64,000 bases of DNA from Spirochaetota bacterium (lineage in GTDB: Bacteria; Spirochaetota; UBA4802; JAFGDQ01), in NCBI GenBank assembly GCA_043803405.1, contig JAZDKB010000003.1, positions 56,143-120,142 of the forward strand. Direction: 5' to 3'. Made by a program: the position numbers and the translations under genes. Of the stretch, positions 48,140-58,639 are shown one piece after another. The notes beneath the pieces were generated by a model. That model was not told the DNA's origin and made no database searches. It saw only the letters and a list, made by a program, of their open reading frames with translations. Within the stretch, counting starts at the first letter, position 1. Every line of letters begins with the position of its first letter.

Positions 48140-48520
48140 CTAGTAGCGTCTTCCGCCGCCGCCACCGCCGCCGTAACCGCCACGGCCACCGCCACCGCCG
48201 CCATAACCGCCACCGCCGCCGCCACCGCGTCTTCCGCCGCCACCGCCGCCACGGCCGCCTCTGCTATCGCGGTCATTGCTTTTTGGTCTGGCTTCATTCA
48301 CAGTAATGCTTTTCCCTTTTATCTGCGTACCGTTCAGTCCTTCGATTGCCGCCTTGCCTTCTTCTTTTGAGGCCATCTCCACAAATCCAAAACCTCTTGA
48401 CTGGCCGCTGAATCTGTCTTTGATCACGTTTACCGAAGTAACCTGACCGAAAGCCTGAAAGGCGCTCTGAAGATCTTCTTCGTTGACTTCATTCGCCAAA
48501 TTACCTGCATAAATATTCAT
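48140..48520 (-). CDS. RRM RNA-binding protein with Gly-rich tail
   Basis: NIYAGNL (RNP2), RGFGFVEM (RNP1), VNEARP, RGG/GY tail. Confidence 0.96.
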   Translation of the reverse strand: MNIYAGNLANEVNEEDLQSAFQAFGQVTSVNVIKDRFSGQSRGFGFVEMASKEEGKAAIEGLNGTQIKGKSITVNEARPKSNDRDSRGGRGGGGGGRRGGGGGGGYGGGGGGRGGYGGGGGGGRRY

Positions 48521-48590
48521 TATGCTCTCCTTAAAATGTAATATTAAGTTTAATGAAATTCGAAGATCTTATTCAATAGCGCAGTAATAA

Positions 48591-48718
48591 TAGAGTCCTG
48601 AAAATATCTTCGTTCCAAAAACTATATTGATAGTTTAATATAGAAAAAATTTTTCATTGCATTTCCGTTAAATTAAGGAGAGTTTTTCGATTAAACATTT
48701 ACGATTTTCAGGACGCTC
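48591..48718. repeat. IR-bounded element (MITE-like) upstream of RRM gene
   Basis: Perfect 11-bp IR gtcctgaaaat (48595) / attttcaggac (48704), extendable to gag/ctc. Confidence 0.55.
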
Positions 48719-48923
48719 CATTTTAAGAAGGAAAGACGCCGGATCATGTGCCGCATCTTAGTTGCAATGAAGAAGTGATTATATTAATACTATATCAATT
48801 CGTTACTAACATAGACATTAATCCGGCAAATATCAAACATTTTTTTTATTTTTTTTAAATTATTTTTGTGGGCATTTATTGTTTTAAAATTTTAGCCCAC
48901 GGATTACCTCAATGGCAATATAT

Positions 48924-49922
48924 TTATTTAGCTTTCTTGCCAGGTTTCATATCCTGCTTAAAATCCGACAGGGTCTTAAAGAATCTCTTTGTGTTGCCTT
49001 CGCGCAGTATAAAGACGTACGGAGATTCCGAAGAAGTGCAAAGATAATTATCTTTATCTTTTTTATGTACCTTAAGTTCAATCTCTTTGCCATACACCTT
49101 CGTCTTTATTTGACAAATGACTCCCGAAAGGTCTTTTTTATTTATATCAGTAAACGAGTCGGCGCGTACTGAACTAATAGAATTAACAAATGAATCTACT
49201 TTGTTCTTATCCATCTCGATGCCGGGAAACTCTTTACAAATCCATTTCTCTGTTTTAATTTTCTTTTTTTCTTTGGATTTATCTTTATCTTTTTCCTTTG
49301 CATGCATATTGTCTTTTTCATCAACTTCTTCGGTTTTCTTTTCAAAGCTTAACCTGCCGTTGTATAAAAGCTCAAAAGACAGCACTTCGTCCTTGCCGAC
49401 TTTATAAATCTGTTTATCTCTCAATTCCTCTACATCTTTATTAAAATCGTCCGGGAGATTGCCGCTTGCAAGATAAACCTTTTCATCGCCGGCAAACTTA
49501 ACATAAGTATTACGGTTTGTAGAACTGGTCTTGCCGATAAGAATATCCCTTTCAGTTTTTCCCTTGTTTTTTACAACGACCTTTACCGCCTGTTCGGGCA
49601 TAAGATCATATTTTGTATAATAAGGGCCTTTTGAAATAAAGTCGGTTATCTCAAGCTCTTTCATATCCTTTTCCAGCTTTTCCACAGTTTGTTTGTCCGC
49701 AGGATATGCCTGCTCATTTATGAGCCATTTATTATCTTTATAAGAGAGCTTAATTTGCTTATCTTTTTTTAAAATCAGGATCTCATCAATTGCATCCAGC
49801 TTCTTAACATCCGGGACATCGCCGGATTTCTTATCCTTGCCCGAAAACACAAGATAAAGCGCAAGAATAGCGATTACACCAAGGCTTACAGCGATTCTTT
49901 TATTTTTAATTATGCTAATCAT
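48924..49922 (-). CDS. DUF4340 domain protein
   Basis: N-terminal TM, W.I....YPAD, ILIGK, YVK, LRDKQI. ATG 49922 overlaps the gldG-like stop. Confidence 0.85.
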   Translation of the reverse strand: MISIIKNKRIAVSLGVIAILALYLVFSGKDKKSGDVPDVKKLDAIDEILILKKDKQIKLSYKDNKWLINEQAYPADKQTVEKLEKDMKELEITDFISKGPYYTKYDLMPEQAVKVVVKNKGKTERDILIGKTSSTNRNTYVKFAGDEKVYLASGNLPDDFNKDVEELRDKQIYKVGKDEVLSFELLYNGRLSFEKKTEEVDEKDNMHAKEKDKDKSKEKKKIKTEKWICKEFPGIEMDKNKVDSFVNSISSVRADSFTDINKKDLSGVICQIKTKVYGKEIELKVHKKDKDNYLCTSSESPYVFILREGNTKRFFKTLSDFKQDMKPGKKAK

Positions 49923-52015
49923 TTGGCAAATTCCTCCATAATTCTTTTTTTGCGTCTTTCTCTTATTCTCCAAACGATTATTCCCGCAATAATAACACAG
50001 ATAGGCAGACCGGCGATATTAAAAAATTTAATAATAAATTTTATGCTGTCAGCCCTGTCTTTAAGGGGATTAAAATCAATTCCCTTGCTTCGCATTTCAG
50101 GAGTCTTGTCATTTCCCGAAAGATAGTCGAGCGCGTTGTGAAGGAATACCGCGTTCAGCGACTTGCCGTCCTTCTCAACTATATTCGACAATGAAATTTC
50201 GGATGATCCTGCAACAATTATCTTTGCCGGCTTTAAGGCTTTCTCGATCATTCCGGAAGACGTGATCGTAGAGTCCTTAACCTCGGGTATTTTTACGTTC
50301 TTGTTTTTATCCTTGTTATCCTCTGCCGGGATATCTTTTCCTTTAAAATAGCTTGCGAACTTTCCTTCCAGAAGAACTGCAAGGTCACGCTTTGACATCT
50401 GCGACTTATCGGCAGGCGGGCTCATCCCGAACGGCATAAAATCAATTCTGCCCTGCATAAGCCAGCTATTCTCGGAAGATGAGACAAGTAACAATTCTTT
50501 AATACCCATTCCTTTAATTGCTTCCTTGTTAACAGTAACCGACGAGCCTTTTGGCCATAGCAGGGTTTTAACATAACTTGTAACTATGCTGTCCTTGTTA
50601 AGTCCTTCATTCTGAATAAGAGGGACAAAATAAATATCCATGGAGCCGAAGCTTTGCTGTGTAGCTTTATAGCATTTCTGATCAAGCACAATGTCTTTAT
50701 TTACCGTAACGCCATAATTCGACAATAGTTTATCAAGGCCTGTATTTACAGGCAAAACAAACGGCCTGCCTCCGCCGAACCTGCTGAGTTGCGGATCATT
50801 GACCTCGTTGAAGGAATCAACAAGGAAAAGAACCGATTTGCCTTTCATAATAAACTGATCTATCTTGAATAGTTCATAATCCGTAAATTCGCGCTTTGGG
50901 CCATTTATTATTAGCGTGTTAATTTCTTCGGGAATATTTTCCTTGGTAAGATCTATCTCTTTCAGATCGTACATGTCGGAAAGCATGGTTTTTAAATTAC
51001 CGGCGCCGTTTTGGGAATCGGCTGTGTCTCTTTCCTCATGGCCTGTAACATATCCTATGCCTGGATTATTATTGATTACACTGTCGACAGCCTTGTTGAT
51101 GCTGTCTTTTAAACCATCCAGGTCCCCTACCACATACTGGCCGAATATTGATCTCGACAAAAGCTGAATCACTTCGAATTTATTACCAAGCTCAACAGCC
51201 ATCCCCAGCAATCCTTCGCCTGCTGCTATCATTTTACCTTCATTGGTAGTCATTGCCGGCCACTTTAGCTTAACGATCCCGAAATTCTCTGCTGTGCTCA
51301 TGGCGTATTTTTCTTTTACAGAATCAACATAGTGAAATTCAAGCTTGTTATAATTTTCCTCACTCGTTTTCCTGACAATGTCCCCAATTTTTTTATCAAT
51401 ATTCTGTGAGCCGGAAACCGGGAGGTTGCTGCTTGCAAATAATGTAACTTTAATGGGATGTTCGAGCTTGCTAAGAACGTCTATTTTGCCGGTCATCTTT
51501 TTTATCGCAGTTGTTATGCGGTATTCGAGCCCGTCTGCTTCGGTTATTGAGTTTACCTTTTCAATTACATCGCCATGAACAATCGCAAGCCCCATGTATG
51601 CGTTTCTGAATTTAAGCTGATCGCTTGCAATTTCCTTAACCTGTATGGGGTGTATACCGAAATTGGACGCTTTATCCTTGTCTTTTTCTACATCTATAAT
51701 TTCGTAACTGAAATATTTGTTACCAGCAGAGGAATACTCTTCCATTAAATCTAATAGATAGCGCCGCACCGAATTATATGGAGCAGGCAGGTTATCCGAA
51801 AAAAATACTTTAATATTTAATGGGTCAGCAAGATTGGAAACTACATCCTCGCTGATTTCCGAAAGAGAATATGAATTGTTCTTTGTTAAATCGCATTTAA
51901 AATTCAGCGTGATGCCTGCAAGATTTACCAGTATAATAATTATTATATATAATATTATTTTATTCCTTTCTATTATGAATTCTTTTATGAGATTAATTAT
52001 ATTTTGAATCATCAT
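49919..52015 (-). CDS. GldG-family ABC transporter auxiliary protein
   Basis: DLTKNNSYSLS, FFSDNLP, LEYRIT, GHEE, IDQFIMKG, NAVFLHNALDYL, C-terminal TM. Confidence 0.9.
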   Translation of the reverse strand: MMIQNIINLIKEFIIERNKIILYIIIIILVNLAGITLNFKCDLTKNNSYSLSEISEDVVSNLADPLNIKVFFSDNLPAPYNSVRRYLLDLMEEYSSAGNKYFSYEIIDVEKDKDKASNFGIHPIQVKEIASDQLKFRNAYMGLAIVHGDVIEKVNSITEADGLEYRITTAIKKMTGKIDVLSKLEHPIKVTLFASSNLPVSGSQNIDKKIGDIVRKTSEENYNKLEFHYVDSVKEKYAMSTAENFGIVKLKWPAMTTNEGKMIAAGEGLLGMAVELGNKFEVIQLLSRSIFGQYVVGDLDGLKDSINKAVDSVINNNPGIGYVTGHEERDTADSQNGAGNLKTMLSDMYDLKEIDLTKENIPEEINTLIINGPKREFTDYELFKIDQFIMKGKSVLFLVDSFNEVNDPQLSRFGGGRPFVLPVNTGLDKLLSNYGVTVNKDIVLDQKCYKATQQSFGSMDIYFVPLIQNEGLNKDSIVTSYVKTLLWPKGSSVTVNKEAIKGMGIKELLLVSSSENSWLMQGRIDFMPFGMSPPADKSQMSKRDLAVLLEGKFASYFKGKDIPAEDNKDKNKNVKIPEVKDSTITSSGMIEKALKPAKIIVAGSSEISLSNIVEKDGKSLNAVFLHNALDYLSGNDKTPEMRSKGIDFNPLKDRADSIKFIIKFFNIAGLPICVIIAGIIVWRIRERRKKRIMEEFAK

Positions 52016-52021
52016 ATACGG

Positions 52022-52804
52022 TTATCTCCTTTCCTCGAGAATTTGAACGGTTCCCAGAACACCGACTGCCATTACAGAGAAAAAGTAAATTATATCCCTG
52101 GAATCCATTATACCTTTCGCGAAATTTTTAAAATGATAATCTGCGCTAAGGTATTCCGCGAAATTCAGTAACGCCGAAGGAAGAAAGAATAAAAATTTGT
52201 CGATAAGCGTAAGGAGAAGGCAGAGAAGCATGCCTATTATAAATGCGATGATCTGATTCTTCGTGAGAGAGGAAGCGAAGATGCCGATAGCAGAGAAAGC
52301 GCCCCCGAGCAGAATAGCGCCGAAATAACCTCCGATCACTGGACCAGCGTCCGGTGAGCCTACAACTATTATTGAAACCACGTAAATAAGAGTAGGAGCA
52401 AGCATACTTGCAGTAAACACTATGCCGGCAAACAGTTTGCCCAGAACCACATCGCTTAAGGATACAGGCAGGGTCATCAGTATTTCAAAGCTTCCCGTAT
52501 GTTTCTCCTCGGAAAAAAGACGCATTGTAACGGCAGGAATTATGAACGAAAAAATCATTGGCAGAAGCTTGAAGAATTCCCTTAGCTCGGCCTGGTTAAA
52601 TATAAAGAACGTTGAAAAGAAAAACCATCCTGTTACAACCAGAAATACTGTTATTACTATATATGCAATCGGAGTGGAATAATACGACATCAACTCCTTT
52701 TTCATTATTATAATAGCTTTTTGAAAAGTTTTTTTAATAACAGGCAATGCTGTTTTAAATGTACTATTTATTGCCGTCATAACTGTTCCAATATTCTTAT
52801 TCAT
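52022..52804 (-). CDS. GldF-like ABC-2 permease
   Basis: KELMSYYSTPIAY, PAVTMRLFSEE..TGSFEILMTLP, SSLTKNQIIAF. Confidence 0.92.
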   Translation of the reverse strand: MNKNIGTVMTAINSTFKTALPVIKKTFQKAIIIMKKELMSYYSTPIAYIVITVFLVVTGWFFFSTFFIFNQAELREFFKLLPMIFSFIIPAVTMRLFSEEKHTGSFEILMTLPVSLSDVVLGKLFAGIVFTASMLAPTLIYVVSIIVVGSPDAGPVIGGYFGAILLGGAFSAIGIFASSLTKNQIIAFIIGMLLCLLLTLIDKFLFFLPSALLNFAEYLSADYHFKNFAKGIMDSRDIIYFFSVMAVGVLGTVQILEERR

Positions 52805-53729
52805 TGTTCCCTCCTCTTGTCAGTTCTCTGAACACGTTTTCAAGCGAACGGGTTTCTTTTATCATTTCATAAAGCGGCCATCCCTTCTCGCTAAGCATTT
52901 TAAAGATTTCAGGCCTTATCTCCTGATCGGCAGCTGCGAGGATCACAGCTGCAGTCAAATCCTTATCGTCTCCCTTTGACACGTCTTTTACGCCCTGAAT
53001 ATTTCTTAAAGCACTGTTTAAAGAATCAAAATCAATATTGGAGACTTTTATTGATATTTTAGATGATGCGCCCTGTGTCGCTTTTAATTCCGAAGTACGG
53101 TTGTCTGCAACAATTTCGCCTTTGTCTATTATGATAACCCTGTCGCAGGTGGCCTCAACTTCGGATAGTATATGTGTTGAAAGGATTACGGTCTTCTCTT
53201 TGCCTATCTCTTTGATGAGTTTTCGTATTTCTATGATCTGATTCGGATCAAGACCGCTCGTGGGTTCATCCAGGATAAGTATATCGGGATTGGATATCAT
53301 TGCGTGTGCAAGACCCACTCTCTGCTTGTATCCTTTCGATAATTCAGATACGTTCTTGTGCATCATTTCTTTAAGGCCGCATATATCCGCTATTTCCTTT
53401 ATTCTTCCTGCGCTTTCGATCCCTCTTATCTGTCTTATGTAATCCAGGTAATCGAACACTATCATATCGCCGTATATGGGCGCGGACTCCGGCAAATAGC
53501 CTATTATGCTCCTGACTTTGTCAGGATTCTCGTCTGCATAAAAATCTCCTACGCAGATTTTACCTGATGTGGGTTTAAGAAAGCATGTTAGCATTCTGAG
53601 CGTAGTAGTTTTACCCGCCCCGTTAGGCCCCAGAAGCCCGGTAATCTCGCCGGTTTTAACCGAAAAAGAAATATTATTCACAGCCCTGAATTCGCCGTAA
53701 TACTTAGACAAATCGCTTACGCTTATCAT
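52797..53729 (-). CDS. GldA-like ABC transporter ATP-binding protein
   Basis: GPNGAGKTT, LSKGYKQRVGLA, ILDEPTSGLDP, STHIL. Confidence 0.94.
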   Translation of the reverse strand: MISVSDLSKYYGEFRAVNNISFSVKTGEITGLLGPNGAGKTTTLRMLTCFLKPTSGKICVGDFYADENPDKVRSIIGYLPESAPIYGDMIVFDYLDYIRQIRGIESAGRIKEIADICGLKEMMHKNVSELSKGYKQRVGLAHAMISNPDILILDEPTSGLDPNQIIEIRKLIKEIGKEKTVILSTHILSEVEATCDRVIIIDKGEIVADNRTSELKATQGASSKISIKVSNIDFDSLNSALRNIQGVKDVSKGDDKDLTAAVILAAADQEIRPEIFKMLSEKGWPLYEMIKETRSLENVFRELTRGGNNE

Positions 53730-53774
53730 CAGCCCAAGACCTCCATAAACTAAAAATATTTAATAAAATATTAT

Positions 53775-54143
53775 TTACTTATTTACAGGAATTCTACCGA
53801 AGTCGTCTTCCAGGCGTTCGATGTCGTCCTCGCCGAAGTATTCGCCGGTCTGAACCTCGATTATCACGAGGTCATCCCGTCCGTTGTTCTTAATCCTGTG
53901 AGCAGCGCGTTTTGTTATATCAACCGATTGGCCTGCGCTTACTTCTAACTTTGCATCATCAATTGTTACTGTACCTATGCCCTTTACAATAAACCAATGC
54001 TCAGAGCGCTTATTGTGAATCTGATAGCTCAGCCGCTTGTCAGGATAAACCGTTATCCTTTTTACTTTGTGATCCTTCATGTCACAGAGGACTTCGAAAA
54101 ATCCCCATGGACGGCGGCTGTCATCATTATTCTTTTTTTTCAT
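53775..54143 (-). CDS. Phosphomannose isomerase type II C-terminal cupin domain protein
   Basis: RPWG, VKRITV, LSYQIH..RSEHW, IEVQTGEYFGEDDIERLED. Confidence 0.92.
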   Translation of the reverse strand: MKKKNNDDSRRPWGFFEVLCDMKDHKVKRITVYPDKRLSYQIHNKRSEHWFIVKGIGTVTIDDAKLEVSAGQSVDITKRAAHRIKNNGRDDLVIIEVQTGEYFGEDDIERLEDDFGRIPVNK

Positions 54144-54174
54144 AATAAACAGTATTCGGCTGACGAGCCCCCTA

Positions 54175-55260
54175 TTATCCGTTATTCTTCATAAAGTCTT
54201 TCATAAAATCGACAAGCGCCTTTATGCCCTCAACTGGCATTGCGTTATATACAGAAGCTCTGCACCCGCCGACAGACCTGTGCCCTTTAAGTCCCGATAA
54301 GCCTGCTTTTTCAGCCTGCGATAAAAATTTCTCTTCGAGATCCTCGGTCTTTAGTCTCCATACGATATTCATCTTAGACCTGGATTTGGCGTCAACAGGG
54401 CATCTGTAATATCCTTTGCTCTCATCAATCATGTCGTAAAGCATTTTGGCTTTTATATCTCTTCTCTTTACGATCTCAGCCATACCGCCGATTGACTTTA
54501 TCCACTTGAATGTTAAATTTGCCATCCAGATAGAAAAAGTCGGAGGCGTATTGTACAAAGAGTCATCTCCGGCATGAAGGTCATATCTCAGGTACGCAGG
54601 AAGATCTTTCCTTGCCTGATCAAGCAATGTCTTTCTCATTATGATTAAAGCCATCCCGGACGGTGCAAGATTCTTCTGGGCGCCTGCATAGACCATCGCG
54701 AGTTTATTCCATGGCAGCGGGCGCGACATTATTTCCGAAGACATGTCTGCTATTAAAGGCACAACGCCTGTATCCGGGAAATCCTGCCACTGAATGCCGC
54801 CTATTGTCTCGTTTGAGCATATATGCACATAAGCTGCGCCCGGAGTAAACTTAAGCTCGCCTGGCTGCGGTATCTTTATATAATTCTCTGCCTTGTTGTC
54901 CCAGATAACATTGGTCTTGCCTATGAGTTTGGCGTCATCCAGCGCTTTCTTTGCCCACGAGCCTGTTAGAACATAATCTGCGCTCATGCCGCTCTTCAAA
55001 AATGCCATCGGGATCATACCGAACTGAAGCGTTGCTCCGCCCTGCAGAAACAATACGGTGAACTCATCCGGAATCGCAAGGAGTTCCTTTACAAGGGATA
55101 ATGTCTCTTTATGTACCTTGTCATATACTTTTCCCCTGTGGCTCATTTCCACAAGGGACATTCCTGTGCCTTCGTAATCCACCATTTTCTTTGCCGCTTC
55201 TTCAAGCGCCGGCAGCGGAAGAATGGAAGGGCCTGCTGAAAAATTATAAATTCTTGCCAT
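54175..55260 (-). CDS. serC: Phosphoserine aminotransferase
   Basis: YNFSAGP, EMSHR, LQGGA, NETIGG, ADMSS, YAGAQKN, GHRSVGGCRAS. Confidence 0.97.
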   Translation of the reverse strand: MARIYNFSAGPSILPLPALEEAAKKMVDYEGTGMSLVEMSHRGKVYDKVHKETLSLVKELLAIPDEFTVLFLQGGATLQFGMIPMAFLKSGMSADYVLTGSWAKKALDDAKLIGKTNVIWDNKAENYIKIPQPGELKFTPGAAYVHICSNETIGGIQWQDFPDTGVVPLIADMSSEIMSRPLPWNKLAMVYAGAQKNLAPSGMALIIMRKTLLDQARKDLPAYLRYDLHAGDDSLYNTPPTFSIWMANLTFKWIKSIGGMAEIVKRRDIKAKMLYDMIDESKGYYRCPVDAKSRSKMNIVWRLKTEDLEEKFLSQAEKAGLSGLKGHRSVGGCRASVYNAMPVEGIKALVDFMKDFMKNNG

Positions 55261-55661
55261 ATTAAACTATTTCAACCTCCGTCTTTCTTTTGTCAGATAA
55301 TTATACTGCAGGAGCTAAAATTTCTTTGCGTAAACCCAAAATAATAATAGCCGGATAACTGCATAATATCCCATTATCATGCACAAATAAGAGAATATGT
55401 TTTCATAGTCAAGAATATATTAAAAGGTATAATGAAAATATTATAAATGTTTTGAATATGGAAAAATTTTTATTTTAATGAAAGCAAAAGGGAATTTTTT
55501 TAACAAACATTACCGAATGGGAGATCGGATATCCGGAAAGTTAAAAAACAAAAACTGTACTGTTTTATTGGACTTTTTCACTGAATATAGTTAAGAATGC
55601 GTCCCAAAACCTATATATTGCCGTGTTGTGTATTTTTAGTATTTTTGAGATGAGCCGAATG

Positions 55662-55985
55662 CTATTCTTCGGGATTCTGCTTTAATCTGGACATGAATTG
55701 CCGTATAAAGTTTATCATGCTTGCCAAAACCAGAGCGCTTATAATAATATCCAGCATATATGGCAAATTAATACCGGTTCCTTTGAAAATTCTCAGCGCA
55801 TCTACTTTGTAACAAATTAAAAGAGATACAAGAATTACAAGCAAATCCCTTGTGGCCTCAACCGATCTGAGCGAAGATATAGCCTTAAGAGCAGAGATTG
55901 AGAAGATTGCCATAATAGCAGCATACAATACTACTGAAATTATCAGCAGATTTACAATATTCTGAAGCAATATTTCCCCTTTCAT
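55662..55985 (-). CDS. Hypothetical membrane protein (3 TM)
   Basis: Hydrophobic ORF; GGAG RBS before ATG 55985. Confidence 0.72.
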   Translation of the reverse strand: MKGEILLQNIVNLLIISVVLYAAIMAIFSISALKAISSLRSVEATRDLLVILVSLLICYKVDALRIFKGTGINLPYMLDIIISALVLASMINFIRQFMSRLKQNPEE

Positions 55986-56249
55986 ATATAAGTCTCCCAA
56001 AAATAGTTATTAGTGCAGCAAGGAAACCGTTTTAACAATGCGCTTCATAATTTAATAAAGCGCCAAATAATCATACAGCAGTTTGCGAATAATATCAAGC
56101 TATAAAATTTAAATAATTGACTTACTAAAAATATTTTAAATTATTTTATAAATACATCCAAAATCGATTAATAACATGATGTGCTTCGGAAAGCATGCAA
56201 AGGTTTCCGGATAGTATTTAACAATACAATTTTAAAGCATTTTAGCAAA

Positions 56250-57263
56250 ATGAATTTTAAAAAAATTATATTTTTTCTTGCCTTGCTTTCAATAATAGCA
56301 ATCGGAATGTTCTTATTGAACAAAGCACCTTCCGGTATGCGCGATGACGCTTTTCTTGTCGAGAAAGGAGACTCGCTAAGACACATTGCCGGAAAGCTTA
56401 TGGATAAGAATCTGATTAAAAACGACAAGTTCTTCGTTTATCTGGCGATCATTGAAGGCAGATCAAACATAATGACCGGCAAGTATAAAATCTACAAAGG
56501 AATGTCGTCCAGGGATATTATAAAAAAAATGTCTGCCGGGGATATTATTAGACGCAAAGTCACAATACCGGAAGGATTCAATCTTTATGAGGTCGCCGAA
56601 AAGCTGGATGAAAATAAAATTACTGATGCAGACTCATTTCTGGAACATGCATTTGATCAAGTATTTTTACAATCAATCGGAATAAAACATGAGTCCGCAG
56701 AGGGGCTTCTTTTCCCCGATACGTATATTTTTAACGAAAGCGAGGATGCAAGGGATATTATTGTTATTATGCATAAAAATTTTAAAAACGTGCTGAATCA
56801 GTTTAATTTCTCAGATAAAAAGATTGCCGGTCTTAATATTTACGCGATAATTAATATCGCATCTCTCATTGAAAAGGAAGCCAGGGTGCATAAAGAAAGA
56901 AAATACATTTCCGCTGTGTTTCATAAAAGGCTGAACCTGGGCATGAGGCTCGACTGCGATCCTTCCGTGAAATACGGCCTGAAGAAATTCAAAGACAGGT
57001 TAACATATAAAGATTTAAAATACGATACACAGTACAATACATATCTGCATACAGGGCTGCCGCCAACTCCTATTTGCTCGCCGGGAAAAGAGTCTATTAC
57101 AGCAGCGATAAATCCGGCAAAAAGCAATTATCTTTATTTTGTTGCAAGAAACGACGGGTCGCACTATTTTTCAAAAACACTCAAAGAACACAGCAGGGCT
57201 GTGGACTATTATCAGAAAGGCATAAGGAATGGCTTTAACGACAGGCAAAACTTACAACCCTGA
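56250..57263 (+). CDS. mltG: Endolytic transglycosylase MltG
   Basis: VTIPEG, EGLLFPDTY, ASLIEKE, YNTY...GLPPTPICSPG, YLYFVA; start ATG 56250. Confidence 0.95.
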   Translation: MNFKKIIFFLALLSIIAIGMFLLNKAPSGMRDDAFLVEKGDSLRHIAGKLMDKNLIKNDKFFVYLAIIEGRSNIMTGKYKIYKGMSSRDIIKKMSAGDIIRRKVTIPEGFNLYEVAEKLDENKITDADSFLEHAFDQVFLQSIGIKHESAEGLLFPDTYIFNESEDARDIIVIMHKNFKNVLNQFNFSDKKIAGLNIYAIINIASLIEKEARVHKERKYISAVFHKRLNLGMRLDCDPSVKYGLKKFKDRLTYKDLKYDTQYNTYLHTGLPPTPICSPGKESITAAINPAKSNYLYFVARNDGSHYFSKTLKEHSRAVDYYQKGIRNGFNDRQNLQP

Positions 57264-58491
57264 AATCGTCTCTCCGGCAGGGAATCTTGAAAAGCTGAAG
57301 ATCGCTGTGAAATTCGGAGCCGACGCTGTTTACTTCGGCGGCAAAGAATTTAATCTGAGGGATCAGGCAGGGAATTTTACTTTAGATGATATTAAAGAAG
57401 CTGTTCGGATATGTGCTGGAGCGGGAGCAGAAACCGTTTTCCTGATGAATTCTTTTCTCCATGAAAAAAACATCGAAGATGCAAAAGAATATATTAAGCA
57501 AATCAAAGATTTTAACTTTAACGCTGTTATGATATCCGATCCCGGGATGCTGATGCTTTTAAAGGATGCAGGGATTAAACAGAACATTCATCTTTCCACA
57601 CAGATGTCCACGCTCAATCATTACTCGATCAGATTCTGGAACGAGGCGGGCATTAAGCGCATTGTACTGGCGAGGGAAACAACACTCGAAGAAATAAAGA
57701 GTATACGGGAAAGCACGGACGCAGAGATCGAAATATTCGCGCATGGCGCGCTGTGCATCTCGTACTCGGGGAGATGCCTGCTGTCGAGGTTTCTCTCGGG
57801 CAGGGATGCGAACCAGGGGAGCTGCTCGCATCCGTGCAGATGGAACTACGCACTTGTTGAGGAAAAGCGGCCTGGGAATCATCTCGATATAATAGAACAC
57901 GCGGCCGGGACCGAGATATTATCATCAAAAGACCTTAGCCTGATCGGCGTTTTACCCGGCTATGTAAACGCAGGAGTGAATGCATTTAAAATAGAAGGCC
58001 GGATGAAATCTCTTTATTATACTGCGAATACAACCCGGATTTATAAACACGCTGTTCAGACTATAATAAATAAAAATGATTATGATAAATTTTTACCATT
58101 CTACCTTGACGAACTCGATCTGGTAAGCCACAGGCCGTACACGAACGACTTGTTTAATGAATTTAACAACATGAGTTTCAGCGAAATACCATACATCCAA
58201 AAAGTACTCTTCCTGGGATACGCAGTATCCGGCGGCGGAGATGAAACCGAAGCATATATCAAAACATTTAACCCGATATATCTCAATGAAGAAATAGACG
58301 CAATATATCCGATAATTAATTCAAATATCAGGGACTGTAAAATAAAAGTTAAAGAGATTACAGATGAAATTAAAAACGAATCTGTTGAAATGGCCAGGCC
58401 GGATAAAATTTATCGTATAAAATTCGATAAAGCTATTGACAATGACGCGATACTAAGAAGAAGATTAAAGATTGGTTCAAAGGAGCTTTGA
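57229..58491 (+). CDS. U32 family peptidase-like protein (TrhP-type tRNA hydroxylation)
   Basis: PAGNLEK, GADAVY, HLSTQ, VLARE, HGALCISYSGRCLLS, C..PCRW, KIEGRMK. Confidence 0.92.
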   Translation: MALTTGKTYNPEIVSPAGNLEKLKIAVKFGADAVYFGGKEFNLRDQAGNFTLDDIKEAVRICAGAGAETVFLMNSFLHEKNIEDAKEYIKQIKDFNFNAVMISDPGMLMLLKDAGIKQNIHLSTQMSTLNHYSIRFWNEAGIKRIVLARETTLEEIKSIRESTDAEIEIFAHGALCISYSGRCLLSRFLSGRDANQGSCSHPCRWNYALVEEKRPGNHLDIIEHAAGTEILSSKDLSLIGVLPGYVNAGVNAFKIEGRMKSLYYTANTTRIYKHAVQTIINKNDYDKFLPFYLDELDLVSHRPYTNDLFNEFNNMSFSEIPYIQKVLFLGYAVSGGGDETEAYIKTFNPIYLNEEIDAIYPIINSNIRDCKIKVKEITDEIKNESVEMARPDKIYRIKFDKAIDNDAILRRRLKIGSKEL

Positions 58492-58524
58492 AATTTAAAA
58501 TTAGAATACGATTTTTTTTTTGCG

Positions 58525-58639
58525 AATTAGCTGGGATAATAATTATCAATTTAAAGGCGGCAAGGATGCCGCCGAACGCCGCTTCGACAGGATGTCGCAT
58601 GAGCGGCGAAAAAATTGATAATTATTATCCCAGCTAATT
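58525..58639. mobile_element. MITE-like element: 28-bp perfect IR enclosing two GGA-loop hairpins
   Basis: aattagctgggataataattatcaattt / aaattgataattattatcccagctaatt; inner ggcggca-AGGA-tgccgcc and cgccgct..cgaca-GGA-tgtcg..agcggcg. Confidence 0.75.

Noticed and set aside
48145..48260. GC-rich ccg/cca tandem repeat and Ala/Val-rich ORF 48082..48297
   Set aside because: Encodes the Gly-rich tail of the RRM protein; the alternative ORF is a frame shadow.
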